This document shows, piece after piece, positions 1-12,765 of a DNA stretch of 64,000 bases. The DNA lies in NCBI GenBank assembly GCA_951406725.2, contig OX597842.1:31434001-31498000 (forward strand), in the 5' to 3' direction. The notes beneath the pieces are model-generated. The model saw only the letters and a program-made list of their open reading frames with translations, searched no databases and was not told the DNA's origin. The first letter of the stretch is position 1. Every line of letters begins with the position of its first letter. Position numbers and translations under genes: made by a program. Origin of the DNA: Octopus vulgaris (Eukaryota).

Positions 1-98
1 ACAATTATTAAATTTCTTATCTCCATTTTTTTTCTTTTTTTAAATGGATATAAGCTATATAATATATGTGTGTGTATATATATATATGTAAGTATGGT

Positions 99-397
99 GG
101 AGGCGCAATGGCTCAGTAGTTAAGGCAGCGGACACGCGGTCGTAGGATCGCGGTTTCAATTCCCAGACCGGGTGTTGTGAATGTTTATTGAGCGAAAGTC
201 CACGAGGCTCCGGCAGGGGGTGGTTGCAATCCCTGCTGTACCCTTTCGCCACAACTTTCTCTCACTCTTTCTACTGTTGGCCTGCTCACTTAGCCAGCAG
301 GGTGGCGGCATTTGAAGGCTAAAATAATGCGAAGCGCATTGTGACCAGCGATGTGTAGCAACATATGATAGCCTGGTCGGTCACGTGATCACGGTGA
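99..397 (+). mobile_element. tRNA-derived SINE (family C, tRNA-Arg-like head)
   Basis: Head GGAGGCGCAATGGCTCAGTAGTTAAGGC...GGTTTCAATTCCC with pol III A/B-box-like motifs; (GTCAC/GATCAC) tail; homologous to 11145-11437(-) and to the heads at 52085/52233. Confidence 0.8.
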
Positions 398-420
398 TAT
401 ATAAGTATGTATGTATCCAT

Positions 421-800
421 ATGTGGCCATGTGGTAAGAAGCTTGCTTCCTAGCCACATGGTTCAGGGTTCAGTCCCACTGCGTGACAGCCTGGGCAAGT
501 GTCTTCTACTATAGTCTTGGGCTGACCAAAGCCTTTTGAGTGGATTTGGTGGACGGAAACTGAAAAGAAGCCTGTCATGTATTTATATATATATATGTGT
601 GTGTGCGTGTGTGTGTATGTATATGTATCTGTGTGTGGGTGTGTTTATGTCAATGTAACTTAGCAGTTCGGCAAAAGAAACCAATAGAATAAGTACTAAG
701 CTTTAAAAAAAAAGTCCTGGGGGTCAGTTGGTTTGAATGAAAGGTGGTGCTCCAGCATGGCCGCAGTTACACGACTGAAACAAGTGAAAGAATAAAAGAA
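421..800 (+). mobile_element. SINE family A, diverged copy
   Basis: TGTGGTAAG...GGTTCAGTCCCACTGCGTG...GGCAAGTGTCTTCTACTATAG head, central TA/TG tract, CTCCAGCATGGCCGCAG...GACTGAAACAAGT tail. Confidence 0.8.
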
Positions 801-813
801 TATATAAATATAT

Positions 814-856
<43 letters not shown>

Positions 857-903
857 CTTCTCTTTATCTCTCTCGTCATATATCTGTATCTATATATATA
901 TAT

Positions 904-1366
904 ATAATAGAAATATTAAAATTACTATGTCTCTCTAAAAGAGATCACGGCAGCGTTCCTGGAAAATAATAGTTATCGCCATACTAATATTAGTATGGCA
1001 ATAACTATTAATTTCCAGGAACGCTGCCGTGATCTCTTTTAGAGAGACTTAGTAATTTTAATATTTCTATTATTGAAGACAAGTGGATGTATTCCACCGA
1101 AACTAGGTAAATAAAACCTTCGAACAGAGATTGTCAGAAGCGACACCTACTGGTCTGACTACGCTACATTGAAAAGGGGCAATACCCCGAAACACGTCTG
1201 TAGCTGTCGGTCAAGTAGTGTGGAGCGACTGACCTCCCTTGTTCGAAGGTTATATGGATACAGTTTGTGTATCAAATAGCTAACTTAAGGCGATGGCCTC
1301 ATGGAGCTAATAAGCGGACAGCTTTTTCTTATTTTTATAAGAATGCCATATTAATATGGCGATAAC

Positions 1367-1370
<4 letters not shown>
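904..1370 (+). mobile_element. Penelope-like non-autonomous element: 170-bp palindrome plus two tandem hammerhead-like motifs
   Basis: Near-perfect palindrome 904-1073 centred at 988/989; ATGGC(A/G)ATAACTATT repeated at about 995 and 1356; (TA)n on both flanks; hammerhead-like motifs at about 1073-1110 and 1163-1204. Confidence 0.65.
1163..1204 (+). ncRNA. Minimal type-I hammerhead ribozyme (U3-A8 core variant)
   Basis: GCTACA-TTGAAAA-GGGG(CAATA)CCCC-GAAA-CAC-GTC-TGTAGC: 6-bp stem I, 4-bp stem II, GUC cleavage triplet. Confidence 0.65.
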
Positions 1371-1410
<40 letters not shown>

Positions 1411-1412
<2 letters not shown>

Positions 1413-1623
1413 TCTTTTTTACTCCTTTACTTGTTTCAGTCATTTGACTGCGGCCATGCTGGAGCACCACCTTTAATCGAGCAAATTGACCCCGGGACTT
1501 ATTCTTTTGTAAGCCCAGTACTTATTCTATCGGTCTCTTTTGCCGAACTGCTAAGTAACGGGGACATAAACACACCAGCATCGGTTGTCAAGCAATGCCA
1601 GGAGGACAAACACAGACACACAA

Positions 1624-1663
<40 letters not shown>

Positions 1664-1781
1664 ATATATACGACGGGCTTCTTTCAGTTTCCGTCTACCA
1701 AATCCACTCACAAGGCTTTGTTCGGCCCGAGGCTATAGTAGAAGACACTTGCCCAAGATGCCACACAGTGGGACTGAACCC
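1411..1781 (-). mobile_element. SINE family A, 5'-truncated
   Basis: Reverse complement of family A body and (AAAAGAGT)n tail. Confidence 0.85.
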
Positions 1782-1804
1782 ATATATATATATATATAAA
1801 TAAA

Positions 1805-2043
1805 GATTTGAGCGAGGTTGTTGCCAGTACTGCCTGACTTGCCCTATGCCGGTGGCACGTAAAAAGCACCCACTACACTCTCGGAGTGGTTGGCATTAGC
1901 AAGGGCATCCAGCTGTAGAAACTCTGCCAGATCAGATTGGAGCCTGGTACAGCCATCTTGTTGGCCAGTCCTCAGTCAAAATTGTCCAACCCATGCCAGC
2001 ATGGAAAGTGAACATTAAACGATGATGATGATGATGATGATGA
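1805..2043 (+). mobile_element. Retroposon family B with (GAT)n tail
   Basis: GGTGGCACGTAAAAAGCACCC...AAGGGCATCCAGCTGTAGAAAC...CCAACCCATGCCAGCATGGAAAG...(GAT)n; more than 12 homologues in the window. Confidence 0.8.
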
Positions 2044-2209
2044 TATATATATATATATATATATATATCATGTGCATCTATTTATATATGTATACACACA
2101 CACACGTGTGTGTACATACACGCTGCCTCCAGACCCATCCTCTTCTATTATTCTGCAGCAATCCAATATTGTTTATGAAGAGAATATCAATTATATTTAT
2201 ATAATTCTT

Positions 2210-2295
2210 TGAAAATGTCAGTGTGTATATATTTATGCACAGGAGTGTATAAATGTAAAGTGTGTGTATATGGTTCTGTTGGAGCGTGCACGTAT

Positions 2296-2328
<33 letters not shown>

Positions 2329-2338
2329 TATATACATA

Positions 2339-2374
<36 letters not shown>

Positions 2375-2950
2375 TACAAGCATATATATATACATGAGTG
2401 TTGGTAGTGTGTGATTGATCATATATATGTAAATATATGCACATTTATATATGAGGGTGTATATATAGGTGCGTATGTGTATATTTCTGTATGTAAATAT
2501 ATGTACATATATGTAGTGGGGGGTGTATATGTGTGTGTATCTATGTATGTATGCATATATATATATTTGTGCATGTGTGTGTATGTATGTATGTATATAG
2601 ACATATATACAGACATGTATGTACATATATTTGGATGAATGTGTTGTATGTATAAGTAAATATATGCACATATTCATACATATATATATACATATACATG
2701 TATGTATGTGTGTAAATGTACACACACATATACAAGATATTCATAAGTACATATTATAGTTGATTACCAACACACATGTAAATAGATGCATACATACATA
2801 TATATCATATATATATATATATATATATGTGTGTATACATATATAGGTAGATATATGTATGTATATATATATGTATATATATATATATATATATATGTAT
2901 TCTATGTATATATACATATACGTATATATATATAAATGTATCTATATATA

Positions 2951-3004
<54 letters not shown>

Positions 3005-3353
3005 ATGTATGTATATATATATGTATCTATGTGTATATACATATATGTATGTCTATATATGTATGTATATATATATATGTATCTATGTCTATATATATAT
3101 GTATATATATATATGTATCTATGTGAATATACATATATGTATGTCTATATATGTATATATATATGTATCTATGTATATATACATATATGTATATATATAT
3201 ACGTGTGTGTGTATACATATATATATATAGGTAGATATATGTATGTATATATATGTATATATATATATATATATATGTATCTATGTATATATACATATAC
3301 GTATATATAAATGTCTCTATATATATGTGTTTATATATATATATTGATATATG

Positions 3354-3390
<37 letters not shown>

Positions 3391-3493
3391 CTATGTATAT
3401 ATACATATACGTATATATATATAAATGTCTCTATATATATGTGTTTATATATATATATTGATATATGTATGTATATATATATGTATATATACA

Positions 3494-3538
<45 letters not shown>

Positions 3539-3621
3539 ATATACATTAATGTACACGTATGCATATACCTACATATATGCATGTGTGTGTGTATGTATAT
3601 TGTGTGTGTGTGTGTGTGTGT
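2210..3621. repeat. Compound degenerate (TA)n/(TG)n/(TATG)n microsatellite block
   Basis: Low complexity, with an internal duplication of about 130 bp around 3250-3500. Confidence 0.9.
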
Positions 3622-3889
3622 GACAGAAGGGGTCACATCTGCCTCTTTAGTTATTCTATAACCAACCTCTGTTCGTCTGTCTGTGTGTCCCAGTCTGCCG
3701 CTGCTGCTGCCGCTGCTGTTGAATCTATTCTTTGCAATTATGTTCTGGAAACAAAAGACACGAAGAGCCTTCTGTGTTGCGTCTCTTTTGTTTTATTAAA
3801 TAGCATCGTTGCTGCTGCTGCTGCCGCTGCTACTGCTGCTGCCTTCACCATTACCACCACGACCACCACCAATGCCAGCAGCACCTCAC

Positions 3890-4280
3890 CCACCATCATC
3901 ATCACCATAACCATCATCATCACCATAACCATCATCATTATCATCATCATCATCATCCTCATCATCATCATCATCATCATCACCATAACCATCATCATTA
4001 TCATCATCATCATCATCATCATCACAACCATCATCACCATCACCATCATCATCACCATCATCATCATCATCATCATCATCACAACCATCATCACCATCAC
4101 CATCATCATCACCATCATCATCACCATCATCATCACCATCATCATCACCATCATCATCACCATCATCATCACCATAACCATCATCATCATTGTCACCATC
4201 ACCATCATCATCATCATCACAATCACCATCATCATCGTCATCACAACCATCATCATCACCATCATCATTATCATCAACAT
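3890..4280. repeat. (ATC/ACC)n trinucleotide tract
   Basis: About 390 bp of CATCATCAC repeats. Confidence 0.95.
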
Positions 4281-4731
4281 CCCCATCGTCTCTGCCCCTG
4301 CCACCATCAATATAAAATCCCCTCCCTCACCGAAGCCTTCTTTGTATGAGAAGACTAAACTATCTCCACCCCCTCCACTGCCACCCCTTTCCAGGCGGGG
4401 CCCCTGTGCGCAACAGGACGCCGTGCTGCAACCCTGATCCTAACCCGAACACCACCCCAAAGCACCGCAACCACAACACAACTGCGTTTGGCCTCCTCCT
4501 GGGCCACTTACGAGACAGAGAAAGCAAGAACCCGGAGATGATTTAGTTGCAACAGAAACAAGCGAGGGGGGGGGCGCTTAGGGGACAATTGAAGTATAAA
4601 GTGTATCCGACATTGCAATAGTACAAGGGGCAGATGAGGGATGGTGGTGGCGAGGAGGCTAGGAGATGGGGTGGGGAGTCAGGTGACACGCTTTTGAGGT
4701 CAAAGAACTCTGAAGAAAGAGCGATTGGGCC

Positions 4732-5464
<733 letters not shown>

Positions 5465-5729
5465 TATATATACATGCTGATTCTACTGAAGCTAGCAAAC
5501 CCATTTTGTTTCTTATTGTTAGAACATAATGACCAAAATTAAGACAAATATTTAAATCTGTATGTGTGTGTGTATATATATATATACACACACATATTTA
5601 TGCATATATATGTACATATATATATACATACATACATATACACACACACACATATATATATACACACACACACACATATTTATGCATATATATGTACATA
5701 TATATACATATATACACACATATTTATGA

Positions 5730-5773
<44 letters not shown>

Positions 5774-5798
5774 ATATATGTACATATATATGCATAAA

Positions 5799-5870
<72 letters not shown>

Positions 5871-6555
5871 TGTGGGTGTACATGAGCACTGTATACAAAA
5901 TCCTATATATACACACATACACACAAACACACAATATTTATGTGTGTGTGTGTACACACAAACATATATACATGCAGAGAACTGGCCAGTGATAGCCAGG
6001 ATGTATAATGACCGCTGACTGACCATCAAATCACCAATAAGTGACTAAATAATGACCACTGCCTACGTCCATTGTCCTCACTTCACATTAGTGTCCGTAG
6101 ACAGGCTATTAATTCATACACATGGCGGGGCCATTGCTCTGTCTGTGTGTGTGTGTTAGTATGTACATATATCTGTAGTCATGCACAGGTGAATATATAG
6201 CTCTCACATATACTTGTGAACATATATATATATATATACGCACATGTGTGTATGTATAAATATATATAAATATACATATATGCATATAAGTATATATATA
6301 TATATATACATATTTATATATATATACATATGGATACATATGCATATGTACATACATATATATATACATATGCATATATATATGTGTGTATATATATATA
6401 TATGTGTATATGTGTACACGTATATATATATATATATATATATATGGGTATATATACTTATATATATATACACATGTATCTAATTATATATATATATACA
6501 CATATGCATATATGCATAGGTATTTATATGTATGTATGTATATATGTATACATAC

Positions 6556-6610
<55 letters not shown>

Positions 6611-7020
6611 GAATTCATACATATATATGTATTTATGTGCATATTTACCTATGTCTGTATATGACTATATATGTGTGTGTCCGTGTGTCCACACTTGACC
6701 AAGTCTGGCCATCATTGATGTCTGTAATTTCAGCAATTCCTTTGTGGATTAATATTTATGTAATGTATTTTGGTAATTGGAGTAGAGGACCAGACACACA
6801 CACACACACACACAGAAATGGTGTTATTTAGCTCCCCTAATCACCCAAGAGCAGAGTAGGTACACCCCCTGGTATTCCCCCCTCGGTAAACTTCCTCCAC
6901 TTCCCCCCTAGAACTACTTTTATTTCTCAAAAACTTCCTTGTTCTCTGCTTCCACCAATCATCTCTCTTTAGCGCCATCACCAACTTTTCACCCCTCTCT
7001 GCTATGCTCCATCCTTAACT

Positions 7021-7686
7021 AGGGGCTGCTGAAAAGTTCCTGGCTTTAAGGGTTTCATAAAAGGCCCGGTTGGAGGCCCAATCTTCCGAGTTTTTTTACA
7101 GGGCTTAGAAAAACTGAAGGCCTCCTGCAATATGTGTGTGAATCTGAGAGGGGAATATCTCTCTCTATATAAACGGCAGTTTATCTGTCTGTGTGTCTGT
7201 CAGGTTGTACCCTCACCCTGACCACGGCTTTCAACCGATTCTGATGAAACTTGACACACACATAGCCCAATGTCATAATTCAAAACTAACGCAGCGAAAA
7301 TTTTGAAAAGTTCCCCCAGTTCTGAAAAAAAATCGATAAATTCGACGTGGGGTCGAGAATCTAAGCTTTTCATATGCAACACATTTTCTGTTGTAGTTTT
7401 CGCAACTTGCAATCGATTTTCACCAAACTCATGGTGAAGCTTAATGTTGCCCTAAGAAACTTAATTCTGTCGTTAGTTTTCCATGCAATACCTTACCTTC
7501 AGAAAAAAATGGCATCACATTTAATAACGGCCACAATACTTAGATCGGGATTAGTTGTTGCCTACTAGGGGCTCTTACATACCCGGGCAACGCCAGGCTA
7601 TGCTGCTAGTGTTGAATAAAATCATAATTAACTAATTCTCCTCGATTTTCTTTTACCCAAAACCAGGAACTTTCCAGCACCTCCTC
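7021..7686 (+). mobile_element. Non-autonomous mariner element interrupted by a Helitron
   Basis: Imperfect TIRs AGGGGCTGCTGAAAAGTTCCTGGCTTT / AAAACCAGGAACTTTCCAGCACCTCCT; removing 7158-7609 restores the transposase-like end CVNLRGEYVE*. Confidence 0.75.
7158..7609 (+). mobile_element. Non-autonomous Helitron
   Basis: 5' TC..., 3' CTAG, subterminal hairpin CCCGGGCAACGCCAGG (7582-7597), inserted between A7157 and T7610 without a TSD; internal TCTG repeats. Confidence 0.85.
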
Positions 7687-7704
7687 AAATATATATTTAT
7701 TTAA

Positions 7705-7900
7705 AATGTGACCTCGTGTCTACCGTTGGTGATTTTTTTCCCTCTGTCTTCCCTTCTCTGGATCTTTCCTTCTATGTTTCCGACGAAGAGCTCCGCTCGA
7801 AACGTTAAACCCTCCTTCTTTCCTGAGCGTCCAATAATACTATATTTGTTCCACGTCCTCGCATTGTTGTGTTTTTTTGTGCTTTCTTGTTTGGATAAAA
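7705..7900 (+). mobile_element. Short hammerhead-bearing element (Penelope-like remnant)
   Basis: GTTT-CCGACGA-A-GAGC(TCC)GCTC-GAAA-CGTT-AAAC at 7776-7810; 3' part homologous to 55124-55188(-). Confidence 0.55.
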
Positions 7901-7902
7901 TT

Positions 7903-7977
<75 letters not shown>

Positions 7978-7981
7978 GTAC

Positions 7982-8318
7982 ACTTGAGAAGACCCGTCAG
8001 GCAAAGGTAGAAATCGTAGTCATGGATGATGCTGGTGTTACGTAAGAGGCACCTGTGCTGGTGACATGTAGAGGGTGCCTTTTGAGCTTTGGGCTACATG
8101 GAGGCTGTGTGGCTGAGTCCCTTTCAAGCGTTGGGCCTCACGAAGGCAATGAATGAAACCTTTTGCATTCTGTCATGCTTGAGAAGAAGGGAAACCAGCT
8201 GTAGAAACATTGCCGGATCAGATTGGAGCCTGGTGCAGCCTCCCAGCTTGCCAGTCCCCAGTCAAACCATCCAACCCGTGCCAGCATGGAAAGCGGGTGT
8301 AAAATGATGATGATGATG
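7982..8318 (+). mobile_element. Retroposon family B
   Basis: Family B body and (GAT)n tail. Confidence 0.7.
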
Positions 8319-8537
8319 ATATATATATATATATACACACAGCAGGCTTCTTTCAGTTTCCATTTACCAAATCTATTCAGAAGGCTATACAATAGGGGAC
8401 ACTTGTCCAGGTGCTTTGTTGTGGTACTGAACCTGGGTCCATGCAGTTGGAAAACAAACATCTTACCACATGTATATATATATATATGTATATAAATATA
8501 TATGTATATATACATACATATACATACATATATATAT

Positions 8538-8765
8538 ACCGGAGTAAACACATAAATGTGAAACAAGGTGGAAAAAGAGTACTCAAATACCAGTGGTAGA
8601 GTAATATGCTTTATTTAAAGCAGCAGAAAATTCAACAAAATCTGTTACTCTGAGTTTCTCGTTGCCGTTCATCGGACAGTTTAGCAAAAACTGTCTGATG
8701 AACAGGAACGAGAAACTCAGAGTAACAGGTTTTGTTGAATTTTCTGCTGCTTTAAATAAAGTATA
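8538..8765. mobile_element. Inverted-repeat element with a hammerhead motif in each arm
   Basis: Arms 8605-8682 and 8688-8765; CTGT-CTGATGA-...-GAAA-CTCAGAG-TA-ACAG at 8691-8728(+) and mirror at 8642-8679(-); flanked by (TA)n. Confidence 0.7.
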
Positions 8766-8768
8766 AAC

Positions 8769-8807
<39 letters not shown>

Positions 8808-8810
<3 letters not shown>

Positions 8811-9220
8811 TCTTACTCTTTACTCTTTTACTTGTTTCAGTCATGTGACTGTGGCCATGCTGGAGCATGGCCTTTAGTCGAGTAAATCGACCCCAGGACT
8901 TATTCTTTGTAAGCCTAGTACTTATTCTATCAGTCTCTTTTGCCGAACCGCTAAGTTACAAGGGCGTAAACACACCAGCATCGGTTGTCAAGTGATGTTG
9001 GGGGGACAAACACAGACTCACATACACACACACACACGCATATATATATATATATACATATACACAGCAGGCTTCTTTCAGTTTTCTTTTACCAAATCCA
9101 CTCACAAGGCTTTAGTCAGCCTGAAGCTATAGTAGAAGACACTTGTCCAAGGTTCCACACAGTGGGACTGAACCCGGAACCATGTGGTTGGTAAGCAAGC
9201 TACTTACCACACGGCCACTC
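8808..9220 (-). mobile_element. SINE family A
   Basis: Homology to family A. Confidence 0.9.
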
Positions 9221-9248
9221 ACAGCCTTGGCTTTGTTATCTGTTCTTG

Positions 9249-9308
<60 letters not shown>

Positions 9309-9785
9309 ATATATACGTGTGTGTGCGTATGTGTGTGTGTGTATGCATGTTTGTGAGTGTATATATGTGTCTGTACATAGATATATATGTGAATATGCAC
9401 ACACACTCAGAGGTCTACACGTACGTATTTCCATATATACAAACACACACACACACGTTTACATCCATGTATTTATCAATCTCTCTCTCTCTCTCTCTCT
9501 CACTCAGTGGTCGGGTGGGGGGGAACAACCCTCACCACCTTACACTTCCCCCTCACATCTCACCATTCTTCACCCCCCCCTTCTCACCCACCCACCCCGC
9601 TCTCCTGTTCTCAAGAGATATTTTATGACTTGAGGTAATCAACATATTAATTGTTTTGTTATTTTAACCAATTGTTACTTTGTTGTGATTAGAGACAGTC
9701 GTTGTGGTGGTGATGGTCATGGTTTTTTTTTTGGTGGTGACAGTGGCAGTGGAGTGTTATATTCGCAGTATTAAAATGTTTATGT

Positions 9786-10187
9786 ATGTGGTAAGTAGCT
9801 TGCTTACCAACCACATGGTTCCAGGTTCTGTCCCACTGCGTGGCATCTTGGGCAAGTGTCTTCTGCTATAGCCCCGGGCCGACCAATGCCTTGTGAGTAG
9901 ATTTGGTAGACGGAAACTGAAAGAAGCCTGTCGTATATATATGTATATATATATATATTTGTGTGTATGTATGTGTGTTTGTGTGTCTGTGTTTGTCCCC
10001 CTAGCATTGCTTGACAACTGATGCTGGTGTGTTTATGTCCCCATCACTTAGCGATTTGGCAAAAAGAGACCGATAGAATAAGTACTGGGCTTACAAAGAA
10101 TAAGTCCCGGGGTCGATTTGCTCGACTAAAGGCGGTGCTCCAGCATGGCCGCAGTCAAATGACTGAAACAAGTAAAAGAGTAAAAGC
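9786..10187 (+). mobile_element. SINE family A
   Basis: Homology to family A. Confidence 0.9.
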
Positions 10188-10312
10188 GTATATATATATA
10201 TATATAGATGCATATATACACACACAGAGCATTGTTTCAATTCAAGCATGTATATGTGTGTTTGTATATACAATGTTCAGGTATTTTTATAAATACATTT
10301 ACATATATATAT

Positions 10313-10760
10313 CATCATCATTGTTTAATGTCTGCTTTCCATGCTGGCATGGGTTGGACGGTTTGACTGAGGACTGGCAAGCAAGAAGGCTGCACCAGGC
10401 TCCAATCTGATCTGACAAAGTTTCTATTTCTGGATGTCCTTCCTAATACCAACCACTTCAAGAGTACAGTAGATGCTTTTATGTGCCACCGGCATGAGGG
10501 CCAATTAGGTGGTAATGTCATGGACCATGCTCGAACGGTGCTTTTGAAGTGCCACCTCACAGGTGCCACTAATGCAGTACTGGCATCAGGCATGACAATG
10601 ACTTCACTTGACTCAACAGGTCTTCTCAAGCACAGTTTATTGCCCAATGATTAAAGGGTACTCTTAAAAGGGCCGGTCATGCTACAGTGGCATAGGCCAC
10701 ATTTATGGTCTCTCTTGGCTTGCCGGGTCTTCTCAAACACAGCATATCTCTAAAGGTCTC
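10313..10760 (-). mobile_element. Retroposon family B, long form
   Basis: (ATC)n tail at left; repeated GGTCTTCTCAAGCACAG subunits. Confidence 0.75.
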
Positions 10761-10866
10761 TTCTTCTTCTTCTTCTTATAGCATTCACCCGGGGTGGGTT
10801 GAGCTGGCTTCATTTATCCTCAATGCTGCATCTCTGAAACGCTGACCAGGCCTGGCCAATTTGAGG
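10760..10866 (-). mobile_element. Possible LINE 3' end with (GAA)n tail
   Basis: Minus strand reads ...INEASSTHPG* then a short UTR and (GAA)n; resemblance to RTE-type ends only. Confidence 0.3.
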
Positions 10867-10927
10867 ATTTTTTCCCAAAAATTCTGATGAATTTTTTTCT
10901 CAAAAAAAAAAAATATATATATATATT

Positions 10928-11131
10928 CGCCGTGATTGTTCGCTAGCCCCTAAACATTTTTTTATTTTCTCTCATTGTTTATTTCTGTGTTCCTTTCTAT
11001 CAAAGAGCATAGGCTCGAAATGTAAAAGTCTTTCTCACTTCCCCAGCATTAAACTAATACATCCGTTTGTTGTTTACACACCTGTCTTCGTCTTTTGTTT
11101 TGTTTGTTTTTTTTTTTGTAAATTCCAACTA
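10928..11131 (+). mobile_element. Short hammerhead-like element, degenerate
   Basis: CTTT-CTATCAA-A-GAGC(ATAG)GCTC-GAAA-TGTA-AAAG at 10993-11028; homologous to 24973-25170; TA-rich flanks. Confidence 0.55.
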
Positions 11132-11144
11132 TACATACATATAT

Positions 11145-11437
11145 CACGTGATCACGTGACCGACCAGACCATCAGATGTAGTTACACATCGCTGGTCACA
11201 ATACATTCGCATTGTTTTAGCCTTTGAATGACGTCACCCCGCTGGCTAAGCGAGCAGGCCGACAGAAGAAGAGTGGGAGAAAGAGTACAGCAGGGATCAC
11301 CACCATCCCCTGCCGGAGCTTTGTGGAGCTTTAGGTGTTTTCGCTCAATAAACACACACAACGCCCGGTCTGGGAATTGAAACTGCGATCCTGCGACCGC
11401 GAGTCCGCTGCCCTAACTACTGGGCCATTGCACCTCC
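11145..11437 (-). mobile_element. tRNA-derived SINE family C
   Basis: Reverse complement of 99-397. Confidence 0.85.
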
Positions 11438-11449
11438 ACACATACATAC

Positions 11450-11495
<46 letters not shown>

Positions 11496-11689
11496 ATTGG
11501 GAGAAAGAGGGAGAAAGGCTGAAGGATTCTGAAGAAAAAGAAGAGAGAAAACGGAAAGAATAAAATGGTGATTGGGGTGGTGTCGACTGTGGTGGTGGTG
11601 GTGGTGGTGGTGGTTGTCATGGTGGTAATAGTGGCCTGCTCCAAGAATTGAAACCGTGATCTTGTGATTACAATGTCTCCCATGACTGA

Positions 11690-11859
11690 GATACCAGTCG
11701 GTCACAGGATTTATTCCCTTTTATCAGCTGAGTGGACGGGAGCAAAGTGGAACGAAGGGTTTTGCTCAAGGACATTGTGCATCGCCCGGTCCAGAATTTG
11801 AAACCACGGTTTTGCAGCCATGAGTCAAACACCGTAACCACTAAGCCATGTGCTTCCAC
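11690..11859 (-). mobile_element. Old tRNA-derived SINE fragment
   Basis: Minus-strand head GGAAGCACATGGCTTAGTGGTTAC...GGTTTCAAATTC then GTCCTTGAGCAAAAC...CCACTCAGCTG. Confidence 0.6.
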
Positions 11860-12069
11860 CTGGTGGTGGTGGCCATGGTTGAAGGCATTCAAAGAAAACC
11901 TTTGAAAGCCGAATATTTATTTTTAAAAAGTCAAAAAAGGAAACCACAAAAAACAGAGTAGAAAACAGTGTTGAAAACCGTTCCTTCCCTGACCTCCACT
12001 CCTAACCCCAGAAAGAATGAAAGACAACAGAAAGAATGGTTTTGGTTTAAAGATTTTTTTCTTTTTATT

Positions 12070-12765
12070 TTTTTGTGAGGAGAAAAGAAATTTGAAGAGG
12101 GACCAGGGTGGGAGGGAATGAGGAGGGAGGGAGGAGAGAGAATGGGGGGAGGGGGAGGAAAGAGGAAAGGGAGCAGGTGAGAGAGGAGGAGAGGGAGGAG
12201 AAAGGGGTGTGAGTGAGGTAGAAGGGTGGAGGAGAAAGAGAGGGGAGGGGGAATAGGGAGAGAGAGGAGAAAGTTGGAGTGGCAGAGAGAGAGAGAAAGA
12301 GAGATAGAGAAAGGGAGAAAGAGGAAGGGCCATGGGAGAAAGTCAGAGAGAGAGAGGAGAGAGAGTAAGAGAAGAAAAAAGCAAGAGAGAAAGAGAGAGA
12401 GGAGAGAGTAAGGGAAGGAGAACACAAGAGAGAGAGGGAGAGTAAGAAACAGGAGAAAGCTGGAGAGGAAGAGAATATAGAGAGAATTAGAGAGAAGGGG
12501 ATCAACAAGAGAAAGAGACCAAGAAAAAGAAAGAGAGAGAGAGGGAACAAAGGGGAGAGAGAGAGAGAGATTGAAAAAGAAAGAGAGAGAGAGAGAGATT
12601 GAAGAAAAAGAAAGAGAGAGAGAGAGATTGAAGAAGAAAAAGAAAGAGAGAGAGAGAGAGAACAAAGGAGAGAGAGTACTAAGTGAGAGAGAGAACAAAG
12701 GGGAGAGAGAGAGAGATTGAAGAAGAAAAAGAGAGAGAGAAAGAGAGAGAGATTGAAGAAGAAAA
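12070..12765. repeat. Polypurine (GA-rich) tract
   Basis: About 700 bp almost entirely G/A, with GAGAGATTGAAGAA subrepeats. Confidence 0.9.

Noticed and set aside
3559-4437. 292-aa poly-Ala/Thr/Ile ORF
   Set aside because: Built from (GCT)n and (ATC)n tracts; no credible splice or domain context
4395-4560. GC-rich segment with acceptor-like (+) and donor-like (-) sites
   Set aside because: No recognisable protein or conserved miRNA sequence; cannot support an exon
7238-7255. CTGATGA inside the Helitron
   Set aside because: No stem II, GAAA or stem III arrangement
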